Positions 23,634 through 37,416 of a stretch of DNA of 64,000 nt are shown one piece after another. The position numbers and the translations under genes are program-made. The notes below the pieces were generated by a model, which saw only the letters and a list, made by a program, of their open reading frames with translations, was not told where the DNA came from and did no database searches. The stretch is from Haplodiscus bocki (taxonomy: Eukaryota): NCBI GenBank assembly GCA_965655095.1, contig OZ296649.1, positions 148,924,001-148,988,000 on the forward strand. Reading direction: 5' to 3'. The first letter of the stretch is position 1; each line of letters opens with the position of its first letter.

Positions 23634-26600
23634 TTTTAGTCTTAGTATTGTATACATAAATTTTAGTTGTTTTTGTATATGAGAGGGAACATTGTTAAGC
23701 TAAGACACTAGTTGCCTTAGCTCTCATAAACAAATCACCACGTGGTTTATTGTAGGCAACGTCATGTGGATTTGTACTACAATCATCAAGTCGATTAATG
23801 TTAAACCGGCGTACGTTAAGACGTTCTCGACAATAATAATGAATTGCCAATATGTTGTTAATTTGGTCTTGATTGACAGTGTAAGTTTGATCTTCAAGAG
23901 GTTCGCCGTTCAGGAGAGGAAACTGGAGAGCTGAGAAGAGCCGGAGTATGATAATCTTGAAAATGGATTAAAAAAGGTAGCAGTTCCACGAGGAGTGCAA
24001 GTAGATGGATCAAAATTAAATTTTAGGCTGGCACAAACAAACGAGGCAGGTGAGGTTCTATAGAATATATCTGAGCAGAAAAGTGGAAAGGGACGAACAT
24101 ATAATCTTTTAAAACAAACGCGTATGGAGAACTGAATTTCTAAATTGGGTTTGTAAAGGAAGGCAATTTCCTTAGTCTTTTTTGCCGGACTGAGACTTAA
24201 AGAGCGATTTATATTAACAATGCCATCGCATTCAAGAGTGTTATCAAGATAAAATCCAGTAGAAAGAAAATTAAAGGACTGTGCGTTTTGATGGGTATTT
24301 CAAAAGTTCTGGAGAGAGGGAGGTAATTCATGTGATGAATTTAAAATGAAGCATTGAATGTGACGTTCGAGACAAGTAGTCGTATCCGAAGATGTATGCT
24401 CAAGAGATGTAGGATTAACTAAATTATGGACTGAACGAGGAGAAAGGTCAGTAGTTGACAATAATGCAATATTTAAATTACGAGACGGGTTAGTTTTGGG
24501 TGTAGAAGGTGAACGAGAGTTAAGAGGTGTATTAGGTTGGCGAGGAATGAACATAGTTTGTGAGTTTGTTAGTTGTGTTAAATTACTTGGAGACATTACA
24601 ATTATAGTTCCTCTGATAAGGGAAGAAGTACGAAAAAATTTAGTACTTCCAGTGTTATTGAAATCATCGTCAGATAAAGTTATGGCATCATAAGAAAGGA
24701 TTATGGTATCGTTAAATTCGTTTCCTGGGAGAATATCGGGGGGTGGTCTGCTTGTTAAAATACTCTGGTTATGATATAGAGAAGCAATTTTTGAAAAGAT
24801 TAAAAAAAACTATCTACGTGAGATGAAACGTGAAGAAGAGGTTTGAATTTCGTTGTTTGAGGGCTGAAAAATCACAGGAGTTGAAAAATGCAGAGAGTGG
24901 TATCTATGAAATTTAAAGAGTCGGTTGACTAGTTTGTACTTTTCAGTATAATACCGATATGGAAAGTGTTCAAAAATTAGACAGACCGGTTACTTGAACG
25001 AAATCTAGTAACTTAGCAAAGAAGAAATGAACGGTTGAAGAGAAATGACTTCAATTTTCAAATAACTGATAATTAGAATCTTTAAATGTTAAGAAGCAGC
25101 AAGAGAGATTTTTGTTGTTCGTCAAGTATCAACAAGAGATATTTTGTTGTTTGTTAAATAGCAGCAAGAGAGCTTCTGTTATTTGTCAAGTAGCAAGAGA
25201 GCTTTTGTTGATTTTAAGTACCAGCTGAATGAGTCGAAGATAAGCGCTGAATGAAGAGAAAAAATTATTCAGCTAAACTATTTTGCAGTGGAAAATCTAA
25301 TGATTGATTGATGACTTCGTATCATGGAAATTTGTTGGCTAGCAGCGAGTTTGACTTGGGAGGTATCTTAACGTTCTAGAAAGTTGTTTTGAATTCTGAA
25401 GCGTATATCGATTATAAAATGTCGAGGATCGGGTTCAAAGTGTATCTATCGAAATCAACAATAGTCGTAACGGTGCAAACCCAACGCTCGGTTAGTAACT
25501 CCGTCAAAAAACGATCTGATTGGTAGGCGAATTTCATACGAAAGATAAATGTGGGTTCTATGAAACTGTTTGGATTTTTGAATAGTTCATTAGTATTTCA
25601 AAATCTCGGAAAACGATGTCAAAACAATTTCAAAATTGAAAGTTTAAATTGTTTTGATATGCGGTGTAGTTTTGAACAGACAAAGGGATTAATTGGAAGG
25701 ATAATAACTTGGAAAAACAGAGGCTGTTTGAACTGATTTGAGCTATTTTTCTCCCGAGTGAAAATAATATTTAGATGGAGTTAGATGGGTCCGGTAGTCT
25801 TTGACAGGTTGTCGTCGAAGACGGCGGGTTGTTCGGGATTGATAATATCCGGAAGTTTGGGAAGATGTTGCGCTTACTGGAGGCGCTGTTGGTGTTATGG
25901 TATCAGTTTGATTGGTATTTGCTTGATCATTCAGCGTAGTAGGCGGTTTTTGAGAATTATCAAAGATTAATGGAGACGAAGTGTCGTCATCAGTGGAATT
26001 TATCGAGGTTTGGTGCCTGTCAGTCAAAAAGAAATCTGGTGTAGTCTCGTTGCCAGAATCTTCTAGCGAATCGTAAAGTAATCGCTCGCGTGCATATATT
26101 TCGCCGGCTAGGTTAAACGAGGATATGGTTATATGTGGCTTGAAAAAAAACCGTTTTATATTGTTGAAAAAGTTATTCTAAATGGGGGACAACGGGATAA
26201 AATGGGATCAAATGGTTTCGGTGTGCGAACAAAATATTTCCTTGATGTGACAGTAACTGATATTTCACATTTTACTCGACGCATTGTATTTGTAGAACCG
26301 TCTGGAATCCATGATTATTATTGTGATTGAGGGCTGTAGACCCATACACCAAAAAAATCTTGATGCAATGGGGTCGCTTGCATGGAACTTTGAATACGAA
26401 TGAGATAATTTTGATGTCCTGAACCAGTTAAGAAAACAATAGTTTGAGGAGATTGTATGGTTCGGTTAGACCGTGGACCGGAAAGTTCCAAGAGAAAGCT
26501 GACATGACTGTGATAGCCATTCCTAGTAACAGCATGATACCTAACCATTGTGCTCGGATAGTAACTTTGTCGATCATGTTAATTTTTAGTCTTAGTATTG

Positions 26601-29600
26601 TATACATAAATTTTAGTTGTTTTTGTATATGAGAGGGAACATTGTTAAGCTAAGACACTAGTTGCCTTAGCTCTCATAAACAAATCACCACGTGGTTTAT
26701 TGTAGGCAACGTCATGTGGATTTGTACTACAATCATCAAGTCGATTAATGTTAAACCGGCGTACGTTAAGACGTTCTCGACAATAATAATGAATTGCCAA
26801 TATGTTGTTAATTTGGTCTTGATTGACAGTGTAAGTTTGATCTTCAAGAGGTTCGCCGTTCAGGAGAGGAAACTGGAGAGCTGAGAAGAGCCGGAGTATG
26901 ATAATCTTGAAAATGGATTAAAAAAGGTAGCAGTTCCACGAGGAGTGCAAGTAGATGGATCAAAATTAAATTTTAGGCTGGCACAAACAAACGAGGCAGG
27001 TGAGGTTCTATAGAATATATCTGAGCAGAAAAGTGGAAAGGGACGAACATATAATCTTTTAAAACAAACGCGTATGGAGAACTGAATTTCTAAATTGGGT
27101 TTGTAAAGGAAGGCAATTTCCTTAGTCTTTTTTGCCGGACTGAGACTTAAAGAGCGATTTATATTAACAATGCCATCGCATTCAAGAGTGTTATCAAGAT
27201 AAAATCCAGTAGAAAGAAAATTAAAGGACTGTGCGTTTTGATGGGTATTTCAAAAGTTCTGGAGAGAGGGAGGTAATTCATGTGATGAATTTAAAATGAA
27301 GCATTGAATGTGACGTTCGAGACAAGTAGTCGTATCCGAAGATGTATGCTCAAGAGATGTAGGATTAACTAAATTATGGACTGAACGAGGAGAAAGGTCA
27401 GTAGTTGACAATAATGCAATATTTAAATTACGAGACGGGTTAGTTTTGGGTGTAGAAGGTGAACGAGAGTTAAGAGGTGTATTAGGTTGGCGAGGAATGA
27501 ACATAGTTTGTGAGTTTGTTAGTTGTGTTAAATTACTTGGAGACATTACAATTATAGTTCCTCTGATAAGGGAAGAAGTACGAAAAAATTTAGTACTTCC
27601 AGTGTTATTGAAATCATCGTCAGATAAAGTTATGGCATCATAAGAAAGGATTATGGTATCGTTAAATTCGTTTCCTGGGAGAATATCGGGGGGTGGTCTG
27701 CTTGTTAAAATACTCTGGTTATGATATAGAGAAGCAATTTTTGAAAAGATTAAAAAAAACTATCTACGTGAGATGAAACGTGAAGAAGAGGTTTGAATTT
27801 CGTTGTTTGAGGGCTGAAAAATCACAGGAGTTGAAAAATGCAGAGAGTGGTATCTATGAAATTTAAAGAGTCGGTTGACTAGTTTGTACTTTTCAGTATA
27901 ATACCGATATGGAAAGTGTTCAAAAATTAGACAGACCGGTTACTTGAACGAAATCTAGTAACTTAGCAAAGAAGAAATGAACGGTTGAAGAGAAATGACT
28001 TCAATTTTCAAATAACTGATAATTAGAATCTTTAAATGTTAAGAAGCAGCAAGAGAGATTTTTGTTGTTCGTCAAGTATCAACAAGAGATATTTTGTTGT
28101 TTGTTAAATAGCAGCAAGAGAGCTTCTGTTATTTGTCAAGTAGCAAGAGAGCTTTTGTTGATTTTAAGTACCAGCTGAATGAGTCGAAGATAAGCGCTGA
28201 ATGAAGAGAAAAAATTATTCAGCTAAACTATTTTGCAGTGGAAAATCTAATGATTGATTGATGACTTCGTATCATGGAAATTTGTTGGCTAGCAGCGAGT
28301 TTGACTTGGGAGGTATCTTAACGTTCTAGAAAGTTGTTTTGAATTCTGAAGCGTATATCGATTATAAAATGTCGAGGATCGGGTTCAAAGTGTATCTATC
28401 GAAATCAACAATAGTCGTAACGGTGCAAACCCAACGCTCGGTTAGTAACTCCGTCAAAAAACGATCTGATTGGTAGGCGAATTTCATACGAAAGATAAAT
28501 GTGGGTTCTATGAAACTGTTTGGATTTTTGAATAGTTCATTAGTATTTCAAAATCTCGGAAAACGATGTCAAAACAATTTCAAAATTGAAAGTTTAAATT
28601 GTTTTGATATGCGGTGTAGTTTTGAACAGACAAAGGGATTAATTGGAAGGATAATAACTTGGAAAAACAGAGGCTGTTTGAACTGATTTGAGCTATTTTT
28701 CTCCCGAGTGAAAATAATATTTAGATGGAGTTAGATGGGTCCGGTAGTCTTTGACAGGTTGTCGTCGAAGACGGCGGGTTGTTCGGGATTGATAATATCC
28801 GGAAGTTTGGGAAGATGTTGCGCTTACTGGAGGCGCTGTTGGTGTTATGGTATCAGTTTGATTGGTATTTGCTTGATCATTCAGCGTAGTAGGCGGTTTT
28901 TGAGAATTATCAAAGATTAATGGAGACGAAGTGTCGTCATCAGTGGAATTTATCGAGGTTTGGTGCCTGTCAGTCAAAAAGAAATCTGGTGTAGTCTCGT
29001 TGCCAGAATCTTCTAGCGAATCGTAAAGTAATCGCTCGCGTGCATATATTTCGCCGGCTAGGTTAAACGAGGATATGGTTATATGTGGCTTGAAAAAAAA
29101 CCGTTTTATATTGTTGAAAAAGTTATTCTAAATGGGGGACAACGGGATAAAATGGGATCAAATGGTTTCGGTGTGCGAACAAAATATTTCCTTGATGTGA
29201 CAGTAACTGATATTTCACATTTTACTCGACGCATTGTATTTGTAGAACCGTCTGGAATCCATGATTATTATTGTGATTGAGGGCTGTAGACCCATACACC
29301 AAAAAAATCTTGATGCAATGGGGTCGCTTGCATGGAACTTTGAATACGAATGAGATAATTTTGACGTCCTGAACCAGTTAAGAAAACAATAGTTTGAGGA
29401 GATTGTATGGTTCGGTTAGACCGTGGACCGGAAAGTTCCAAGAGAAAGCTGACATGACTGTGATAGCCATTCCTAGTAACAGCATGATACCTAACCACTG
29501 TGCTCGGATAGTAACTTTGTCGATCATGTTAATTTTTAGTCTTAGTATTGTATACATAAATTTTAGTTGTTTTTGTATATGAGAGGGAACATTGTTAAGC

Positions 29601-32479
29601 TAAGACAGTAGTTGCCTTAGCTCTCACAAACGAATCACCACGTGGTTTATTGTAGGCAACGTCATGTGGATTTGTACTACAATCATCAAGTCGATTAATG
29701 TTAAACCGGCGTACGTTAAGACGTTCTCGACAATAATAATGAATTGCCAATATGTTGTTGATTTGGTCTTGATTGACAGTGTGAGTTTGATCTTCAAGAG
29801 GTTCGCCGTTCAGGAGAGGAAACTGGAGAGCTGAGAAGAGCCGGAGTATGATAATCTTGAAAATGGATTAAAAAAGGTAGCAGTTCCACGAGGAGTGCAA
29901 GTAGATGGATCAGAATTAAATTTTAGGCTGGCACAAACAAACGAGGCAGGTGAGGTTCTATAGAATATATCTGAGCAGAAAAGTGGAAAGGGACGAACAT
30001 ATAATCTTTTAAAACAAACGCGTATGGAGAACTGAATTTCTAAATTGGGTTTGTAAAGGAAGGCAATTTCCTGAGTCTTTTTTGCGGGACTGAGACTTAA
30101 AGAGCGATTTATATTAACAATGCCATCGCATTCAAGAGTGTTATCAAGATAAAATCCAGTAGAAAGAAAATTAAAGGACTGTGCGTTTTGATGGGTATTT
30201 CAAAAGTTCTGGAGAGAGGGAGGTAATTCATGTGATGAATTTAAAATGAAGCATTGAATGTGACGTTCGAGACAAGTAGTCGTATCCGAAGATGTATGCT
30301 CGAGAGATGTAGGACTAATTAAATTATGGACTGAACGAGGAGAAAGGTCAGTAGTTGACATTAATGCAATATTTAAATTACGAGACGGGTTAGTTTTGGG
30401 TGTAGAAGGTGAACGAGAGTTAAGAGGTGTATTAGGTTGGCGAGGAATGAACATAGTTTGTGAGTTTGTTAGTTGTGTTAAATTACTTGGAGACATTACA
30501 ATTATAGTTCCTCTGATAAGGGAAGAAGTACGAAAAAATTTAGTACTTCCAGTGTTATTGAAATCATCGTCAGATAAAGTTATGGCATCATAAGAAAGGA
30601 TTATGGTATCGTTAAATTCGTTTCCTGGGAGAATATCGGGGGGTGGTCTGCTTGTTAAAATACTCTGGTTATGATATAGAGAAGCAATTTTTGAAAAGAT
30701 TAAAAAAAACTATCTACGTGAGATGAAACGTGAAGAAGAGGTTTGAATTTCGTTGTTTGAGGGCTGAAAAATCACAGGAGTTGAAAAATGCAGAGAGTGG
30801 TATCTATAAAATTTAAAGAGTCGGTTGACTAGTTTGTACTTTTCAGTATAATACCGATATGGAAAGTGTTCAAAAATTAGACAGACCGGTTACTTGAACG
30901 AAATCTAGTAACTTAGCAAAGAAGAAATGAACGGTTGAAGAGAAATGACTTCAATTTTCAAATAACTGATAATTAGAATCTTTAAATGTTAAGAAGCAGC
31001 AAGAGAGATTTTTGTTGTTCGTCAAGTATCAACAGGAGATATTTTGTTGTTTGTTAAATAGCAGCAAGAGAGCTTCTGTTATTTGTCAAGTAGCAAGAGA
31101 GCTTTTGTTGATTTTAAGTACCAGCTGAATGAGTCGAAGATAAGCGCTGAATGAAGAGAAAAAATTATTCAGCTAAACTATTTTGCAGTGGAAAATCTAA
31201 TGATTGATTGATGACTTCGTATCATGGAAATTTGTTGGCTAGCAGCGAGTTTGACTTGGGAGGTATCTTAACGTTCTAGAAAGTTGTTTTGAATTCTGAA
31301 GCGTATATCGATTATAAAATGTCGAGGATCGGGTTCAAAGTGTATCTATCGAAATCAACAATATTCGTAACGGTGCAAACCCAACGCTCGGTTAGTAACT
31401 CCGTCAAAAAACGATCTGATTGGTAGGCGAATTTCATACGAAAGATAAATGTAGGTTCTATGAAACTGTTTGGATTTTTGAATAGTTCATTAGTATTTCA
31501 AAATCTCGGAAAACGATGTCAAAACAATTTCAAAATTGAAAGTTTAAATTGTTTTGATATGCGGTGTAGTTATGAACAGACAAAGGGATTAATTGGAAGG
31601 ATAATAACTTGGAAAAACAGAGGCTGTTTGAACTGATTTGAGCTATTTTTCTCCCGAGTGAAAATAATATTTAGATGGAGTTAGATGGGTCCGGTAGTCT
31701 TTGACAGGTTGTCGTCGAAGACGGCGGGTTGTTCGGGATTGATAATATCCGGAAGTTTGGGAAGATGTTGCGCTTACTGGAGGCGCTGTTGGTGTTATGG
31801 TATCAGTTTGATTGGTATTTGCTTGATCATTCAGCGTAGTAGGCGGTTGAGAATTATCAAAGATTAATGGAGACGAAGTGTCGTCATCAGTGGAATTTAT
31901 CGAGGTTTGGTGCCTGTCAGTCAAAAAGAAATCTGGTGTAGTCTCGTTGCCAGAATCTTCTAGCGAATCGTAAAGTAATCGCTCGCGTGCATATATTTCG
32001 CCGGCTAGGTTAAACGAGGATATGGTTATATGTGGCTTGAAAAAAAACCGTTTTATATTGTTGAAAAAGTTATTCTAAATGGGGGACAACGGGATAAAAT
32101 GGGATCAAATGGTTTCGGTGTGCGAACAAAATATTTCCTTGATGTGACAGTAACTGATATTTCACATTTTACTCGACGCATTGTATTTGTAGAACCGTCT
32201 GGAATCCATGATTATTATTGTGATTGAGGGCTGTAGACCCATACACCAAAAAATCTTGATCCAATGGGGTCGCTTGCATGGAACTTTGAATACGAATGAG
32301 ATAATTTTGATGTCCTGAACCAGTTAAGAAAACAATAGTTTGAGGAGATTGTATGGTTCGGTTAGACCGTGGACCGAAAATTTGCAAAAGAAAGCTGGCA
32401 TGACTGTGATAGCCATTCCTAGTAACAGCATGATACCTAACCATTGTGCTCGGATACTAACCTTGTCGATCATATTAAT
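23634..32479. repeat. Subfamily block, copies 9-11 (9 and 10 almost identical, period 2950)
   Basis: Shared aatttttagt, tagaatatat, aaacgatgtc and gtatccgaa; ORFs recur at exactly +2950. Confidence 0.85.
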
Positions 32480-35400
32480 GTTTAGTCTTAGTATTGTATA
32501 CATAAATTTTAGTTGTTTTTGTATATGAGAGGGAACATTGGTAAGCTAAGACAGTAGTTGCCTTAGCTCTCATAAACAAATCACCACGTGGTTTATTGTA
32601 GGCAACGTCATGTGGATTTGTACTACAATCATCAAGTCGATTAAGGTTAAACCGGCGTACGTTAAGACGTTCTCGACAATAATAATGAATTGCCAATATG
32701 TTGTTAATTTGGTCTTGATTGACAGTGTTTGATCTTCAAGAGGTTCGCCGTTCAGGAGAGGAAACTGGAGATCTGAGAAAAGCCGGAGTATTATAATCTT
32801 GAAAATGGATTAAAAAAGGTAGCAGTTCCACGAGGAATGCAAGTAGATGGACCAAAATTAAATTTTAGGCTGGCACAAACAAACGAGGTAGGTGAGGTTC
32901 TATAGGTTATATCTGAGCAGAAAAGTGGAAAGGGACGAACATATAATCTTTTAAAACAAACGCGTATGGAGAACTGAATTTCTAAATTGGGTTTGTAAAG
33001 GATGGCAATTTCCTTAGTCTTTTTTGCGGGACTAAGACTTAAAGAGCGATTTATATTAACAATGCCATCGGATTCAAGAGTGTTATCAAGATAAAATCCA
33101 GTAGAAAGAAAATCAAAGGACTGTGCGTTTTGATGGGTATTTCAAAACCTCTGGAGAGGGAGGTAACTCATGTGATGAATTGAAACCGAAACATTGAATG
33201 TGACGTTCGACACACGTAGTCGTATCCTAAGATGTGTGCTCAAGAGATGTAGGGCTAATTAACTTATGGATTGGACGAGGAGGAAAGTCAGTAGTTGACA
33301 ATAATGCAATATTTATATTACGAGACGTGTTAGTATTGGGTGTAGAAGGTGAACGAGAGGTAAGTGGTGTATTAGATTGGCGAGGAGAGGAATCAACATA
33401 GTTTGTGAGTTTGTTAGTTGTGTTATATTACTTGAAGACATTACAATTATAGTTCCTCTGATAAGGGAAGAAGTACGAAAAAATTTAGTACTTCCAGTGT
33501 TATTGAAATCATCGTCAGATAAAGTTATGGCATCATAAGAAAGGATTATGGTATCGTTAAATTCGTTTCCTGGGAGAATATCGGGGGGTGGTCTGCTTGT
33601 TAAAATACTCTGGTTATGATATGAAGAAGCAATTTTTGAAAAGATTAAAAAAAACTATCTACGTGAAATGAAACGTGAAGAAGAGGTTTGAATTTCGTTG
33701 TTTGAGGGCTGAAAAATCACAGGAGTTGAAAAATGCAGAGAGTGGTATCTATGAAATTTAAAGAGTCGGTTGACTAGTTTGTATTTTTCAGTAAAATACC
33801 GATCTGGAAAGTGTTCAAAAATTAGACAGACCGGTTACTTGAACGAAATCTAGTAACTTAGCAAAGAAGAAATGAACGGTTGAAGAGAAATGACTTCAAT
33901 TTTCAAATAACTGATAATTAGAATCTTTAAATGTTAAGAAGCAGCAAGAGAGATTTTTGTTGTTCGTCAAGTATCAACAGGAGATATTTTGTTGTTTGTT
34001 AAATAGCAGCAAGAGAGCTTCTGTTATTTGTCAAGTAGCAAGAGAGCTTTTGTTGATTTTAAGTACCAGCTGAATGAGTCGAAGATAAGCGCTGAATGAA
34101 GAGAAAAAATTATTCAGCTAAACTATTTTGCAGTGGAAAATCTAATGATTGATTGATGACTTCGTATCATGGAAATTTGTTGGCTAGCAGCGAGTTTGAC
34201 TTGGGAGGTATCTTAACGTTCTAGAAAGTTGTTTTGAATTCTGAAGCGTATATCGATTATAAAATGTCGAGGATCGGGTTCAAAGTGTATCTATCGAAAT
34301 CAACAATATTCGTAACGGTGCAAACCCAACGCTCGGTTAGTAACTCCGTCAAAAAACGATCTGATTGGTAGGCGAATTTCATACGAAAGATAAATGTAGG
34401 TTCTATGAAACTGTTTGGATTTTTGAATAGTTCATTAGATTTCAAAATCTCGGAAAACGAAGTCAAAACAATTAGAAAAACTGAAAGTTTAAATTGTTTT
34501 GATATGCGGTGTAGTTATGAACAGACAAAGGGATTAATTGGAAGGATAATAACTTGGAAAAACAGAGGCTGTTTGAACTGATTTGAGCTATTTTTCACCC
34601 GAGTGAAAATAATATTTAGATGGAGTTAGATGGGTCCGGTAGTCTTTGACAGGTTGTCGTCGAAGACGGCGGGTTGTTCGGGATTGATAATATCCGGAAG
34701 TTTGGGAAGATGTTGCGCTTACTGGAGGCGCTGTTGGTGTTATGGTATCAGTTTGATTGGTATTTGCTTGATCATTCAGCGTAGTAGGCGGTTTTTGAGA
34801 ATTATCAAAGATTAATGGAGACGAAGTGTCGTCATCAGTGGAATTTATCGAGGTTTGGTGCCTGTCAGTCAAAAAGAAATCTGGTGTAGTCTCGTTGCCA
34901 GAATCTTCTAGCGAATCGTAAAGTAATCGCTCGCGTGCATATATTTCGCCGGCTAGGTTAAACGAGGATATGGTTATATGTGGCTTGAAAAAAAAACCGT
35001 TTTATATTGTTGAAAAAGTTATTCTAAATGGGGGACAACGGGATAAAATGGGATCAAATGGTTTCGGTGTGCGAACAAAATATTTCCTTGATGTGACAGT
35101 AACTGATATTTCACATTTTACTCGACGCATTGTATTTGTAGAACCGTCTGGAATCCATGATTATTATTGTGATTGAGGGCTGTAGACCCATACACAAAAA
35201 AAATCTTGATCCAATGGGGTCGCTTGCATGGAACTTTGAATACGAATGAGATAATTTTGATGTCCTGAACCAGTTAAGAAAACAATAGTTTGAGGAGATT
35301 GTATGGTTCGGTTAGACCGTGGACCGGAAAGTTCCAAAAGAAAGCTGGCATGACTGTGATAGCCATTCCTAGTAACAGCATGATACCTAACCAATGTGCT

Positions 35401-37206
35401 CGGATACTAACCTTGTCGATCATGTTAATGTTTAGTCTTAGTATTGTATACATAAATTTTAGTTGTTTTTGTATATGAGAGGGAACATTGGTAAGCTAAG
35501 ACAGTAGTTGCCTTAGCTCTCATAAACAAATCACCACGTGGTTTATTGTAGGCAACGTCATGTGGATTTGTACTACAATCATCAAGTCGATTAAGGTTAA
35601 ACCGGCGTACGTTAAGACGTTCTCGACAATAATAATGAATTGCCAATATGTTGTTAATTTGGTCTTGATTGACAGTGTTTGATCTTCAAGAGGTTCGCCG
35701 TTCAGGAGAGGAAACTGGAGATCTGAGAAAAGCCGGAGTATTATAATCTTGAAAATGGATTTAAAAAGGTAGCAGTTCCACGAGGAATGCAAGTAGATGG
35801 ACCAAAATTAAATTTTAGGCTGGCACAAACAAACGAGGTAGGTGAGGTTCTATAGGTTATATCTGAGCAGAAAAGTGGAAAGGGACGAACATATAATCTT
35901 TTAAAACAAACGCGTATGGAGAACTGAATTTCTAAATTGGGTTTGTAAAGGATGGCAATTTCCTTAGTCTTTTTTGCGGGACTAAGACTTAAAGAGCGAT
36001 TTATATTAACAATGCCATCGGATTCAAGAGTGTTATCAAGATAAAATCCAGTAGAAAGAAAATCAAAGGACTGTGCGTTTTGATGGGTATTTCAAAAGCT
36101 CTGGAGAGGGAGGTAACTCATGTGATGAATTGAAACCGAAACATTGAATGTGACGTTCGACACACGTAGTCGTATCCTAAGATGTGTGCTCAAGAGATGT
36201 AGGGCTAATTAACTTATGGATTGGACGAGGAGGAAAGTCAGTAGTTGACAATAATGCAATATTTATATTACGAGACGGGTTAGTATTGGGTGTAGAAGGT
36301 GAACGAGAGGTAAGTGGTGTATTAGATTGGCGAGGAGAGGAATCAACATAGTTTGTGAGTTTGTTAGTTGTGTTATATTACTTGAAGACATTACAATTAT
36401 AGTTCCTCTGATAAGGGAAGAAGTACGAAAAAATTTAGTACTTCCAGTGTTATTGAAATCATCGTCAGATAAAGTTATGGCATCATAAGAAAGGATTATG
36501 GTATCGTTAAATTCGTTTCCTGGGAGAATATCGGGGGGTGGTCTGCTTGTTAAAATACTCTGGTTATGATATGAAGAAGCAATTTTTGAAAAGATTAAAA
36601 AAAACTATCTACGTGAAATGAAACGTGAAGAAGAGGTTTGAATTTCGTTGTTTGAGGGCTGAAAAATCACAGGAGTTGAAAAATGCAGAGAGTGGTATCT
36701 ATGAAATTTAAAGAGTCGGTTGACTAGTTTGTACTTTTCGGGAAAATACCGATCTGGAAAGTGTTCAAAAATTAGACAGACCGGTTACTTGAACGAAATC
36801 TAGTAACTTAGCAAAGAAGAAATGAACGGTTGAAGAGAAATGACTTCAATTTTCAAATAACTGATAATTAGAATCTTTAAATGTTAAGAAGCAGCAAGAG
36901 AGATTTTTGTTGTTCGTCAAGTATCAACAGGAGATATTTTGTTGTTTGTTAAATAGCAGCAAGAGAGCTTCTGTTATTTGTCAAGTAGCAAGAGAGCTTT
37001 TGTTGATTTTAAGTACCAGCTGAATGAGTCGAAGATAAGCGCTGAATGAAGAGAAAAAATTATTCAGCTAAACTATTTTGCAGTGGAAAATCTAATGATT
37101 GATTGATGACTTCGTATCATGGAAATTTGTTGGCTAGCAGCGAGTTTGACTTGGGAGGTATCTTAACGTTCTAGAAAGTTGTTTTGAATTCTGAAGCGTA
37201 TATCGA

Positions 37207-37416
37207 TTATAAAATGTCGAGGGTCGGGTTCAAAGAGTATCTATCGAAATCAACAATATTCGTAACGGTGCAAACCCAACGCTCGGTTGGTAACTCCGTC
37301 AAAAAACGATTTGATAGGTAGGCGAGTTTCATAAGAAAGATAAATGTAGGTTCTAAGAAACTGTTTGGATTTTTGAATAGTTCATTAGATTTCAAAATCT
37401 CGGAAAACGAAGTCAA
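37207..37416 (-). pseudogene. Small degenerate accessory ORF just downstream of the pol stop (open in copies 12-15: 34257, 37207, 40157, 43108)
   Basis: TSFSEILKSNELFKNPNSFLEPTFIFLMKLAYLSNRFLTELPTERWVCTVTNIVDFDRYSLN... is protein-like and on the same strand as pol/env. It is frameshifted in the other copies. Confidence 0.35.
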
